Below, one piece after another: positions 25,427 to 33,887 of a stretch of 64,000 nt of DNA. Position 1 is the first letter of the stretch. Each line of letters starts with the position of its first letter. Source of the stretch: a virus; the IMG/VR virus record IMGVR_UViG_3300036828_000389, positions 11,517 through 75,516 of that record, one strand, 5' to 3'. The position numbers and the translations under genes were made by a program. The notes under the pieces are model-generated. The model worked only from the letters and a program-made list of their open reading frames with translations, had not been told where the DNA came from and did not search any database.

Positions 25427-26523
25427 GCTCGTCGGAGGCGTCGGCCGGAGGCAGGAGGACTGACCTCAGGGCGGCGTCCCTTAGTAACTACGTCCATGAC
25501 AGCATCCTGCAAGGTCTGCCTCAGAGTCAAGTCCCATCTGACCTGCTCTTCCAGGGCCGTCCGGCCATGCCAGGACTCGTCCCCGTGGTAGTAATAGGCG
25601 CCCTTGGTGGTGATCACATCGTAATAGATAGCCAAGTTAAGTATCTCCTTGGCCGGATCATACGAGCCGGGTGAGACACCCACCTCGTTGTGGTCGAAGT
25701 AGAAGTCGAAGGCTGCCACGCGCTCGGGTGGGAACCCCTTGTTCTTCTTGATCAGGCACTTGATGGAGAGCCCGACCTTGCGCTGGTTTCGCTTTTCGCC
25801 CTCTGTGAGCCATTCGTCCCGCTTTAGCTCCACTCGCGTGAAGTACCAGTAGTTCTTGGCCCTCCCACCAGGAGTTACGCGAGGATCGCCCCAGGTCAGG
25901 CCGATCTTCTCCCGCCACTGGTTGACCATGAAGCAAGTCACCGGCCGGTCGGTCTCCACCATGGACCGCTTCATAGCGGTGTACGCCTTGCGGAAGAACT
26001 TGCCCAGGAGCCGCGCTGCCAGACCCACCTGGGTGTCGTCCATGGAGCCCTCCGACTCGCTGACGGGGCTGAGGGCGGGCAGGCTGTCGATCACCAGGGC
26101 GTCGACCGTGCGGCTCTCCAGCACCCGGACGGCGGCGTTGGTGGCCTCCTCCAGGACGTTGGTCTGCATGACCACGATGCGGTCGGTGTCGCAGCCAAGC
26201 TCGCGGGCCCAGCTGGGCACGAAGTCCTCCGCGGCGATCCAGAAGACCGTCCAGTTGGGGTCGGTGGCCTGGTGGGCGGCGATGGTCTTCAGGATGATGG
26301 TGGTCTTCCCGCTGGACTCGTCCCCGTAGATCTCATGCCAGCTGTTCACCGTCCAGCCGCCACCCAGGGCCACGTCGAGGGCCAGGGAGCCGGAGGAGAT
26401 CCTGGGGATCTCGGAGAACCGGATCTGGCTGCCCAGCACCACGGTCTCGGGCCCGTACTCCTTGTTGATCTCGTCTATGACGGCGCCGATCTGGCTCTTG
26501 GGGTCCGCCTTCTTGGTTGGCAT
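25423..26523 (-). CDS. recA: RecA/UvsX-like recombinase
   Basis: ISSGSLALDVALGGG, EIYGDESSGKTT, VIDSL, NQWREKIG..GDPRVTPGGRA. Confidence 0.95.
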   Translation of the reverse strand: MPTKKADPKSQIGAVIDEINKEYGPETVVLGSQIRFSEIPRISSGSLALDVALGGGWTVNSWHEIYGDESSGKTTIILKTIAAHQATDPNWTVFWIAAEDFVPSWARELGCDTDRIVVMQTNVLEEATNAAVRVLESRTVDALVIDSLPALSPVSESEGSMDDTQVGLAARLLGKFFRKAYTAMKRSMVETDRPVTCFMVNQWREKIGLTWGDPRVTPGGRAKNYWYFTRVELKRDEWLTEGEKRNQRKVGLSIKCLIKKNKGFPPERVAAFDFYFDHNEVGVSPGSYDPAKEILNLAIYYDVITTKGAYYYHGDESWHGRTALEEQVRWDLTLRQTLQDAVMDVVTKGRRPEVSPPASGRRLRRA

Positions 26524-27065
26524 CACTCTCCTCGTCGGTCGTGGAAGATGTCGCGCCATGCGCTGATCTCGTTTTCGCCCTCCTCAGGACTCCAGCGCAT
26601 GGCGTCCGGACTATCCAGTTCGGCGGGTGGAGCGTGTACCGGTCTGGCAGGGCCCCATCCGCGCCCCGGGGTCCAGGCCGCGGGGGCACCCTCAGTGACA
26701 CGACGGAGCGCTCGGGCACTGGGGCTTCGGTACTGATCGAACCCTCGTTCGCTGGCCTGCTCGGCTCTGGCTCGATATGTGTTACGGGGAGTTAGCTCAC
26801 CCCGGGCGATGACGCCCATGTTGCCCTCCGCATCTCGCACGGTGGTAAATCGCCGGGACCAGCCCCTCACCCCGGAGTTCATCTGCCGGTTGTGTTCACT
26901 CAGCTGCTGGACCGGAGATCCCGGTGGGATGCGGGTACGGCCCATGCCGACGACATCAGGGGAGTAGTCGTGGCTGTGCCGGAAGGGCCGGGCTAGTTCG
27001 TTCTGAAGCCGCTCCGCGGTCTCTTCCCGGGCGGTACGCGGTCTGCGTCGGGGCTCGTCAGGCAC
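26523..27065 (-). CDS. Arg-rich protein with shared C-terminal tag
   Basis: SD GGAGGAG, GTG 27065; ends DAMRWSPEEGENEISAWRDIFHDRRGE. Confidence 0.7.
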   Translation of the reverse strand: MPDEPRRRPRTAREETAERLQNELARPFRHSHDYSPDVVGMGRTRIPPGSPVQQLSEHNRQMNSGVRGWSRRFTTVRDAEGNMGVIARGELTPRNTYRARAEQASERGFDQYRSPSARALRRVTEGAPAAWTPGRGWGPARPVHAPPAELDSPDAMRWSPEEGENEISAWRDIFHDRRGE

Positions 27066-27390
27066 CTCTCCTCCGATCATGAAAGATGTCGCCCCAGGCA
27101 CCGATCTCATGCTCCCCAGCTGCGGGGCTCCAGGACATGGCATCGCCTGGGTCGGGCTCGGCAGGCAGGTTCCACCGCATGGGATCGCGGCCCGGGTGGC
27201 CGTGAGCGGTCTCCATGTAGGTGTCCATGCCCAGCCGGTCACTGGCTACATACTCGGGATCGTGTTGCAGGTCGTGGATCATCTCGGCGTAGCCCCGGGA
27301 GACACGGAAGGCGGGGTTGGTCGAGCGGGGCGGCTTGTACCCGTGCATCTCACCCAGATGCGCCAGCAGATCCTTCTTGTTCCTAGCCAC
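27058..27390 (-). CDS. His-rich protein with shared C-terminal tag
   Basis: Ends DAMSWSPAAGEHEIGAWGDIFHDRRRGA. Confidence 0.7.
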   Translation of the reverse strand: MARNKKDLLAHLGEMHGYKPPRSTNPAFRVSRGYAEMIHDLQHDPEYVASDRLGMDTYMETAHGHPGRDPMRWNLPAEPDPGDAMSWSPAAGEHEIGAWGDIFHDRRRGA

Positions 27391-27393
27391 GGT

Positions 27394-27636
27394 TCATTTC
27401 TTCTTGGCGGGCTTGCTCACCTGGATGCTGGGGTACTTCTTCGACACCCTGGACCGGACAGAGGACTTCTCAGCTGAGGTGCCGTGCTGGCTCACCCGGG
27501 AGAGGGCGTTGGCGGCCCGCTTCTTGGTGTCGATGGGGTAGTTGCCGGGCTCCCCCTTCTCCTTGCCCTTGGCCTTGGACGGGACGCCGAAGTCGCTCTT
27601 GGGCAGGCTCTCACGCTTCGCCTTGCTGATCGCCAC
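27394..27636 (-). CDS. DUF6582-like small basic protein
   Basis: RESLPKSDFGVP..YPIDTKKRAANALSRV.Q.G..EK..V..KYP. Confidence 0.7.
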   Translation of the reverse strand: MAISKAKRESLPKSDFGVPSKAKGKEKGEPGNYPIDTKKRAANALSRVSQHGTSAEKSSVRSRVSKKYPSIQVSKPAKKK

Positions 27637-27770
27637 TACTTCCCCCTGCTGGTCTTCTTGGCTGCCTTCTTCGCCGGGGCCTTCTTGGCCTTGTCGTCCT
27701 TGTCGTCATCCTTTTGGCCGAACGGCTTGGCCTGCTTGCCCCCGAACGGATCCTTCTTCGTGGTTGCCAT
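27636..27770 (-). CDS. 44-aa Lys/Ala-rich histone-H1-like peptide (not in ORF track)
   Basis: MATTKKDPFGGKQAKPFGQKDDDKDDKAKKAPAKKAAKKTSRGK; SD GAGGAA. Confidence 0.7.
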   Translation of the reverse strand: MATTKKDPFGGKQAKPFGQKDDDKDDKAKKAPAKKAAKKTSRGK

Positions 27771-28163
27771 CTATTCCTCTCTTCTGTCGTGAAAGACTGA
27801 CTGCCACTCTCCCATTTCCTTCTCACCGGCCTCAGGGCTCCAGCGAGCCGCATCGCTACCCGACTCCGTCCATCGACGCTGACGGCCGACGGTGGGGTCA
27901 TGTCCGCCCGGGTCGTGCCCCATCAAGTCGGTGTACTCCTGACGGTTGGCCCGGTGCCGCCAGAGCCCGTAGCGGATGGTCTGGCGCCGGATGGCTGGGG
28001 TCCAGGACTCGCCCTGCTTCCCACTAGCCGCTTGGTCGATAGCTCCCTGGATCTTTTCATGGACTTCGGCATCGGGTGTGCCGACGTGGGTGCGCCCCAG
28101 CATGCGGTCGATTGATCTGGTGGGGACCAGGGGGTCCACCTGGGGCTTACGTGGCTTTGCCAC
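27771..28163 (-). CDS. Basic protein with shared C-terminal tag
   Basis: Ends DAARWSPEAGEKEMGEWQSVFHDRREE. Confidence 0.7.
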   Translation of the reverse strand: MAKPRKPQVDPLVPTRSIDRMLGRTHVGTPDAEVHEKIQGAIDQAASGKQGESWTPAIRRQTIRYGLWRHRANRQEYTDLMGHDPGGHDPTVGRQRRWTESGSDAARWSPEAGEKEMGEWQSVFHDRREE

Positions 28164-28356
28164 GCTTGGGCTGGGGTTCGCGCCCGGTCTCCCGGGTCTT
28201 GGCGGCCTTCTTGGCCATTTGGCTACGTCGCTTGGGGCCCTGGGCGGATGCGTTGGAGATGGCGGCAGCCTTGGACTTGGAGTAGCCCTCGTCCTTTAAA
28301 TCCTCGTACAACTTTGGCCGTTTAATGCTGGGCCCAGGATCTTTACCGCCCGGCAT
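28147..28356 (-). CDS. Small basic protein (GPSIK..YEDLKDEGYSKSKAAAISN type)
   Basis: SD AGGAGG; motif resembles small actinobacterial proteins often fused to Rho-N domains. Confidence 0.7.
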   Translation of the reverse strand: MPGGKDPGPSIKRPKLYEDLKDEGYSKSKAAAISNASAQGPKRRSQMAKKAAKTRETGREPQPKRGKAT

Positions 28357-28666
28357 GATTCCTCCTAAGGATGATTCGTCTAGGGGGTGTGGCTTTCCAG
28401 ACCCTTTGGCCCCGACCAGATAGTCCTTGGCGTTTTCGATCCGTTTCGATCACGAAGCCCTTACGAACCAAGGGCCGGAGCCGTGGAGATATCGTCACCT
28501 TGTCCAGGCCAGTTGCTCGGGTGATGTCGTCCAAGATGGCACCCTGCTCGCCGGTCGCTTGCACGACATCGAACACCATGTTCTCCAGGTAAGTGGCGTT
28601 GACTGACTGAGCAGCGTCAACCGCTGTCTCTATATCGCGACGCCGATACGCTCCCGGTTCGCTCAT
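28343..28666 (-). CDS. Winged-helix DNA-binding protein
   Basis: GAILDDITRATGLDKVTISPRLRPLVRKGFV..R..SGR..VW. Confidence 0.75.
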   Translation of the reverse strand: MSEPGAYRRRDIETAVDAAQSVNATYLENMVFDVVQATGEQGAILDDITRATGLDKVTISPRLRPLVRKGFVIETDRKRQGLSGRGQRVWKATPPRRIILRRNHAGR

Positions 28667-29175
28667 CTCACGTTGGCCCAGCTGAAGTCGGTGTTCCCGG
28701 CCAGGCTGGCGTCGACCTCAAAGTGCTGATCGCCCCTGGGATTGTCACTGCGAGCGAACTGGGTGGGCCCGGAGGACTTCATGCCGATGGCGTTGAGCAT
28801 CCGGCCCGACTGCTCAAACAGGTCGCCGTTGTAGCCGCAATCGGTGCAGAGCGGGGCGCACTCGGCGTTGGCCCAGCGTCGACTGAAGTAGTTGCCACCA
28901 CCGCACTCCGGGCAGCGACTGACCTTGCCGATGTTGCCTGGCGCCTTGGCGACGTATCCCTGGGTGTGGACCCGTTGCCAGTTAGCGTCGTCACTGCCCT
29001 CCGGCTGGACGTTACCCACCTCCTGGCGCGGACCAGTCGGAGGGTACGACTCCCGCCAGCGCACGGCTTTGGCAGGATAGGAGCCCGGTACAGGGGCAGC
29101 TGGGGGCGTCGTGACCGGTGCCTCCGGCGCTCCTGTCCGCCCCAGGTGTCGTTGCCACCAACCGTTATCACTCAT
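28663..29175 (-). CDS. Zn-ribbon hypothetical protein
   Basis: CPECGGGNYF...CTDCGY. Confidence 0.7.
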   Translation of the reverse strand: MSDNGWWQRHLGRTGAPEAPVTTPPAAPVPGSYPAKAVRWRESYPPTGPRQEVGNVQPEGSDDANWQRVHTQGYVAKAPGNIGKVSRCPECGGGNYFSRRWANAECAPLCTDCGYNGDLFEQSGRMLNAIGMKSSGPTQFARSDNPRGDQHFEVDASLAGNTDFSWANVR

Positions 29176-29181
29176 AAATCG

Positions 29182-31419
29182 TCACTTACACTCGGCCCAG
29201 TTGTTTCCAACACTGATATTTGCGATCAGAGGTATGTCGAGGACCGGGTGGCCATCCAGCCGGACATCCTCCATAGCCTCACGCACCAAGGGTAAAGCCT
29301 GGTCGACCACGTCTTCGGCACACTCGATGACGAACTCATCGTGGATCTGGAGAACCAGGTGGGCGTCGAGCCCGGCCAGGGCCCGGTGTACCTGGACAAG
29401 TCCGATCTTGGCTATGTCCGCGGCCGTGCCCTGGATGGGGTGATTGACGGCCTGGCGCTCGCTGTAGAACTTGAGTCCGTTATCGGAGGAGTTGATCTCT
29501 GGCAGCCGCCGTTTGCGGCCATATAAGGTCTCGACGTAGCCATTCGACCGGCAGAACCGCTTGACCGAATAGCCCCAGCGCTTGACCCCTGGGTAGGCCC
29601 GGTGCCAGGCTTCCCAGACGGCTTCAGCCTCTCGCTCAGAGATGCCGGACATCTCCATGACCCGGCCGGGGCCGCCCTCAAAGGCGAAGTTGAAGTTGCT
29701 GTTCTTGGCGATGGCCCGCTGCTCGCCGGAGACCTGGGTCTCGGGGATCCCCCAGATCAGAGCGGCGGTCTGGAGGTGCAAGTCCAGGTCATGGGTGTAG
29801 GCGTAGAGCAGGCGCGGGTCTCGGGTCTGGTAGGCCAGGATCCGTAGCTCGATCTGGGAGTAGTCGGCCACGATCAGCCTCTTGCCCGGTGGGGCCACGA
29901 ACAGCTGGCGGATCATGGTGGCCTCAAAGCTCTCCTTGTGGCGCGCCGGGATGTTCTGGAGGTTCGGACCGCTACAGCTGAGCCGCCCGGTCTTGGCCAC
30001 GGCCTGGTTGAAGCTGGCCCGGATGCGGGCGTCCTCACCGATGTGAGGCATGAACCCGACCACGTAGGTGGACAGCAGCTTGTTCACGTCCTTGTACTCC
30101 AGGAGCCGCCTGGGTTCCTTGTGGCGTCTTGCCAGGCTCTTGAGAGCGGGAGCCGCGGTGGAACGCTGGCCCGTATCAGTCAGGACGGTGCAGCGCAGGG
30201 GAGGGTCCAGTTCGTCATAGAGCCACTTGCCCAGCTGCTGGGTGCTGTTCAGGTTGATCTCATGGCCCACCATGGACCGGATGTCGTCACCGATCTCGGT
30301 CAGCTGGGCCTCCAGCTGGGGTCGCAGGATTCCGAATCCCGTGACATCAACATGGGCTCCCTGCTGACGCATGTCGAGCAGTACCCGGAGTACATCCATC
30401 TCCAGGTCGAAAAGACTGGCCAGCTTCGGCTTCTTCTTCAGGACGCGATGGATTTTCCACCACAGCATCCAGGCCATCTTGGCGTCGGTGATCGAGTACC
30501 TCATGGCCCGCCGCCACTCGACGTTGTACGCCTCCTCACCCAACTTCTCGACGTAGGTGAATCCGATGTAGGTCTGGGCCAGAGCCCCCAACTTGTAGCT
30601 ATCCAGGTTCTCGTTGAGTAGGAACACCATCATCATCACGTCGGCGTAGGGCGGCGGCGGGATTTCGCCGTAATACTTGGCGATGGATAGCAGGTCGAAG
30701 GCCACGTTCTGATTGATCTTGCGCCGGTCGGAGAAGAACAGCGGCTTCAGGGCGGCTAAGACTTCGGTGCGGTCCAGCTGACGGCGTTTGTCGGGATGTC
30801 CCATGGGTATGACGTGCGACACGCCCGGACCCGCGAGGGATAGGCACCAGACTTTGTTGGTCCGGGTGTCCAGGGCCGGTTTATCCTTATCAGCTGCCTT
30901 CCGGCAGAGATCAGAGCAGTAGGCGCGGCGCTTGGAAGGGATGGGTAGGCCACAGGCCAGGCAGGGAGTGGTCCCCTCCCGGTGCCTCGTCAGCACCTTG
31001 CGACCGGATTGCAGCATGCGGACCGGTCGGTCCCCACGGGTCTCGACATCGAAGGCGAACTCCGAAAAAGCCGAGTAGACGCTGACGACTTCTTCTAGCT
31101 CATCCCTGGTGGTGATGGTCTTAACGGGACTGACGTTCTGATCAGTCTGGCGCAGCACCCAGGATTCAAACTGCTCGTAACCGGCGACGTGGCCAGGCGG
31201 CTGAGGGCTGCCCAGCCGCCTCCACGTCTTCTCCACCTTCGTGGAATACTCGATGTCGGCGTCAGTGAATTTGCGGCCGCCATGGGTGCCATCGGTCTTC
31301 TCGGTGCGATGTGCTTCCTCATGGTCAGCGTCGAGGGCGCACAGCCAGGTGCCCCGGTAGTCCCAGCGACCGTCCTTCTCCTTGCGGGGTTCCCTGCGCC
31401 GGGCAGGGCATTTGGCCAC
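29182..31419 (-). CDS. polA: Family A DNA polymerase (3'-5' exo + pol) with Zn-finger insertions
   Basis: FDVET, NQNVAFDL, TGRLSCSGPNLQNIP, ADYSQIELR, QIHDE. Confidence 0.95.
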   Translation of the reverse strand: MAKCPARRREPRKEKDGRWDYRGTWLCALDADHEEAHRTEKTDGTHGGRKFTDADIEYSTKVEKTWRRLGSPQPPGHVAGYEQFESWVLRQTDQNVSPVKTITTRDELEEVVSVYSAFSEFAFDVETRGDRPVRMLQSGRKVLTRHREGTTPCLACGLPIPSKRRAYCSDLCRKAADKDKPALDTRTNKVWCLSLAGPGVSHVIPMGHPDKRRQLDRTEVLAALKPLFFSDRRKINQNVAFDLLSIAKYYGEIPPPPYADVMMMVFLLNENLDSYKLGALAQTYIGFTYVEKLGEEAYNVEWRRAMRYSITDAKMAWMLWWKIHRVLKKKPKLASLFDLEMDVLRVLLDMRQQGAHVDVTGFGILRPQLEAQLTEIGDDIRSMVGHEINLNSTQQLGKWLYDELDPPLRCTVLTDTGQRSTAAPALKSLARRHKEPRRLLEYKDVNKLLSTYVVGFMPHIGEDARIRASFNQAVAKTGRLSCSGPNLQNIPARHKESFEATMIRQLFVAPPGKRLIVADYSQIELRILAYQTRDPRLLYAYTHDLDLHLQTAALIWGIPETQVSGEQRAIAKNSNFNFAFEGGPGRVMEMSGISEREAEAVWEAWHRAYPGVKRWGYSVKRFCRSNGYVETLYGRKRRLPEINSSDNGLKFYSERQAVNHPIQGTAADIAKIGLVQVHRALAGLDAHLVLQIHDEFVIECAEDVVDQALPLVREAMEDVRLDGHPVLDIPLIANISVGNNWAECK

Positions 31420-31426
31420 GGGGCGC

Positions 31427-32167
31427 CTACTGGGTCGACTGGTTGGCTACGTCCTGAAGCTCGGCCCGGGTGGACTTCTCCACCGACTCCTCGTCCCAGC
31501 ACTTCTGTTGCCAGGCCACGATGTCGTCGTCGGTCAGGGGCTCGACCTTCCAGTCCTCCAGCACGTCGCGCCGCTTCACCTGGTGGATCTGGGTGCGCTT
31601 GCTCTTCTTCGGGCCCTTCATGGCGATGGCCCAGTACGTCCCGGCCAGCCCCCTCTCACCAATGTCATCCTCGATGGTCTGGGCGATGGTGATGCCGGTC
31701 TCCAGGGTCTCCAGCAGCGGTGGCTCAGCTGACATATTCATGACGTTGAACCGCACTCGGGCTGAGGGATCCTGCACCTTGCACAGCGGGCAGTCATCCG
31801 GCCGGAGGCAGACGTAGCTCATCTTCACTCCCCGGGCCACCCAGTCGGCCCAGTGCTGAAGGAAGCTGGCGTAGGGGGCATCCTCCAGGAACAAAATTAA
31901 TTGCTCCTGGTCTTGTACCTTGTACATCTTCGTCCATTTACTGGGCGCCGCCGCCTTGGTGCGGTTGTAGCCACCCCAGCCGGTGGCGACGGTACCGACC
32001 TTCAGGTCGTCGTCATCGTCACCAGGACGGGCCGTCGGGTGGGGGTGAGGAGAGCGGAGGGTGGTCGATGGCTCATGCCGTCTGAGAGTCGGCCGGGCCT
32101 CTTCTTCGTATTCTTCGGCTGGCCGGGGCCGCCGTATGAGTCGTCTTCCCGTCTGTTGATCTGGCAC
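31427..32167 (-). CDS. Single-stranded DNA-binding protein (gp32-like, Zn)
   Basis: FLEDAPY..QHW..YVCL..DCPLC; adjacent to polA; acidic C-terminal region. Confidence 0.65.
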   Translation of the reverse strand: MPDQQTGRRLIRRPRPAEEYEEEARPTLRRHEPSTTLRSPHPHPTARPGDDDDDLKVGTVATGWGGYNRTKAAAPSKWTKMYKVQDQEQLILFLEDAPYASFLQHWADWVARGVKMSYVCLRPDDCPLCKVQDPSARVRFNVMNMSAEPPLLETLETGITIAQTIEDDIGERGLAGTYWAIAMKGPKKSKRTQIHQVKRRDVLEDWKVEPLTDDDIVAWQQKCWDEESVEKSTRAELQDVANQSTQ

Positions 32168-32438
32168 GTTGGTCCCTTTGCACGTAGGTAGATAGGTAAT
32201 TGTCAGCAAGATTGGGGTGGATCTCCGACCACCGGGTGGCATTCTCCAGTTCGGCCCGGAGCAGTGTGTCCAGCTGGCGGCTGAGGATCAGCTGCATGTG
32301 GTTCATGGTCGTGTCCAGGTCAGCCGGTCTCTTGTCGAGATCCTCGTCGCTGATCTCGGCGCCCACCTCTACCTGGACGGTCTCGTAGTCGCGGATCCGC
32401 ACCAGGATCCGGAGGTGCTTCTCAAGCTTCATGTCCAT
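32073..32438 (-). CDS. Hypothetical protein
   Basis: SD GGAGG; LVRIRDYETVQVEVGAEI. Confidence 0.6.
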   Translation of the reverse strand: MDMKLEKHLRILVRIRDYETVQVEVGAEISDEDLDKRPADLDTTMNHMQLILSRQLDTLLRAELENATRWSEIHPNLADNYLSTYVQRDQRARSTDGKTTHTAAPASRRIRRRGPADSQTA

Positions 32439-32905
32439 TCCCTCCAGCTGGCGATGACCCGTTCGGTGAATCTGGTGTTGGTCATTAATGGTGGGATCTC
32501 GTCAAGCAGTCCCTCCTCCTCCGCTATTTTCTGCATGCCTTCGATCTGCTTGCGGTTCCACAGCCGCAGTCCGGCGTCGCCGCGGGTTCCAGCCCTGCCC
32601 CTGGTGACGTACCCGGCCTTGGGGATCCAGCCCTTGTCGATCCAGCTGCGGATGGTGACCGACCGCCGTCCCAGAGCCTTGGCCAGGGCGCCGATGTAGA
32701 ACAGTTCCAGGCTCTCACCGGTCGCCGGGTTCGTCCACACCTTCGGGTGGGCGTCCCAACCCTCTTCGGCGCGGATGGCCTTCCTCTCCTGCTTCATGCG
32801 AGCCCGCCGCATGTCGCGGGACTCGCGGCGCCGCTGGGTCGAGTGGGGGTAGAACTCGTCCTCCATGCCCTTGAGGTCTTCAAAGCCTCGCAAGAGGTCG
32901 CTCAC
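32429..32905 (-). CDS. MerR-like HTH DNA-binding protein
   Basis: FYIGALAKALGRRSVTIRSWIDKGWIP..RLWNRKQI. Confidence 0.8.
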   Translation of the reverse strand: MSDLLRGFEDLKGMEDEFYPHSTQRRRESRDMRRARMKQERKAIRAEEGWDAHPKVWTNPATGESLELFYIGALAKALGRRSVTIRSWIDKGWIPKAGYVTRGRAGTRGDAGLRLWNRKQIEGMQKIAEEEGLLDEIPPLMTNTRFTERVIASWREWT

Positions 32906-33369
32906 GACACCGGCTTCCCGTTGTCATCCAGGAGGATGAAGCTGAAGCTGACGGTCTCGGGGAACATCATCTTCAACTCGTCTTCGGTGATGTCGCCGTC
33001 GTAGAACCCGGCAAAGATAGCGTCGGAGTCGGGGACCACGATGGTCTTGGTCATCTTCTCCCACAGCCCCTTCTTCTGGAGGATCTTCTGTATGACCTCC
33101 TCGTTGGCGCTCGGGGTGACGGCCCGCTGGTTCTTCAGCTGGCTGATCTTGCGGTCGCCTACCGGCTCACCCAGGTCGAGGAACAGGGAGCCGGTGGTGG
33201 GATCCTTCTGGCCGAACCGCTGCACCAGTTCCTTGAGCTTGCCCTTACCCTCGTTCAGCTTGGACTGGATGAGGGCGCCCTGACGCTTGACCGCGTACCA
33301 GGCGTCCACCTGGTCGCGGAGTTGCTCCAGGTCGAGGTCATCAGCAGCTGGCCTGCGTAGCGTCGGCAT
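32902..33369 (-). CDS. Hypothetical protein (Gam-like helical?), leaderless
   Basis: TACCCT-7 nt-ATG 33369. Confidence 0.7.
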   Translation of the reverse strand: MPTLRRPAADDLDLEQLRDQVDAWYAVKRQGALIQSKLNEGKGKLKELVQRFGQKDPTTGSLFLDLGEPVGDRKISQLKNQRAVTPSANEEVIQKILQKKGLWEKMTKTIVVPDSDAIFAGFYDGDITEDELKMMFPETVSFSFILLDDNGKPVS

Positions 33370-33399
33370 ACCCACCAGGGTAAGCCGGGGGTGTGACCG

Positions 33400-33789
33400 T
33401 TATGAAGCCGGTGTGCGATCCCGGGGGGGCGGCTTCGGCCGATGGTAGGTGCTGACGCAGTAGACGGGGATACCGGCCCAGCTGGCCTGGTTCAGCCAGT
33501 CCTGGACGTGCCGGTCATGCTCCAGCCGGTCCATGAAGGCGAATACGATATTCGCCCGGGTCCACGACCGTACTTGCCGGCGAGTCAGGTATTTAAAGTG
33601 ATCGACCTCATGCTCCAGGCCGGGCATGGTGCCGTTGTCCAGGATGGTCAGTTCCTCATTCCACTGCCGGGCCCAGGTGTTGAGCGACTCCAGCACCAGG
33701 CGCGGCATGTAGAGGTCGGTGTCGAGCGGTGTGCCCAGGAAGAGATAGCGCGGCCCCTGCGTAGTCACAGATCGGCCAGGGTAGCGCAC
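33400..33789 (-). CDS. SLOG/DUF2493-like protein (degenerate)
   Basis: IVFAFMDRL..DWLNQASWAGIPV C-terminal signature. Confidence 0.5.
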   Translation of the reverse strand: MRYPGRSVTTQGPRYLFLGTPLDTDLYMPRLVLESLNTWARQWNEELTILDNGTMPGLEHEVDHFKYLTRRQVRSWTRANIVFAFMDRLEHDRHVQDWLNQASWAGIPVYCVSTYHRPKPPPRDRTPAS

Positions 33790-33793
33790 GTCA

Positions 33794-33821
33794 AAGAGGC
33801 CCCCCCGAAGGGGAGCCTCTT
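33794..33821 (-). terminator. Hairpin terminator with cUUCGg loop
   Basis: AAGAGGCTCCCC-TTCG-GGGGGGCCTCTT on - strand. Confidence 0.75.
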
Positions 33822-33887
33822 GATTGACCAGCCTGCCTGGGGGTCATCCTCTGCGCCGCGTGGGCCTTCAGGAATCAAGCGCAGGCG

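Noticed and set aside
30850-31040. Intein or intron in polA
   Set aside because: The insert is a short Cys4 ribbon without intein C/S...HN ends, and the reading frame is continuous.
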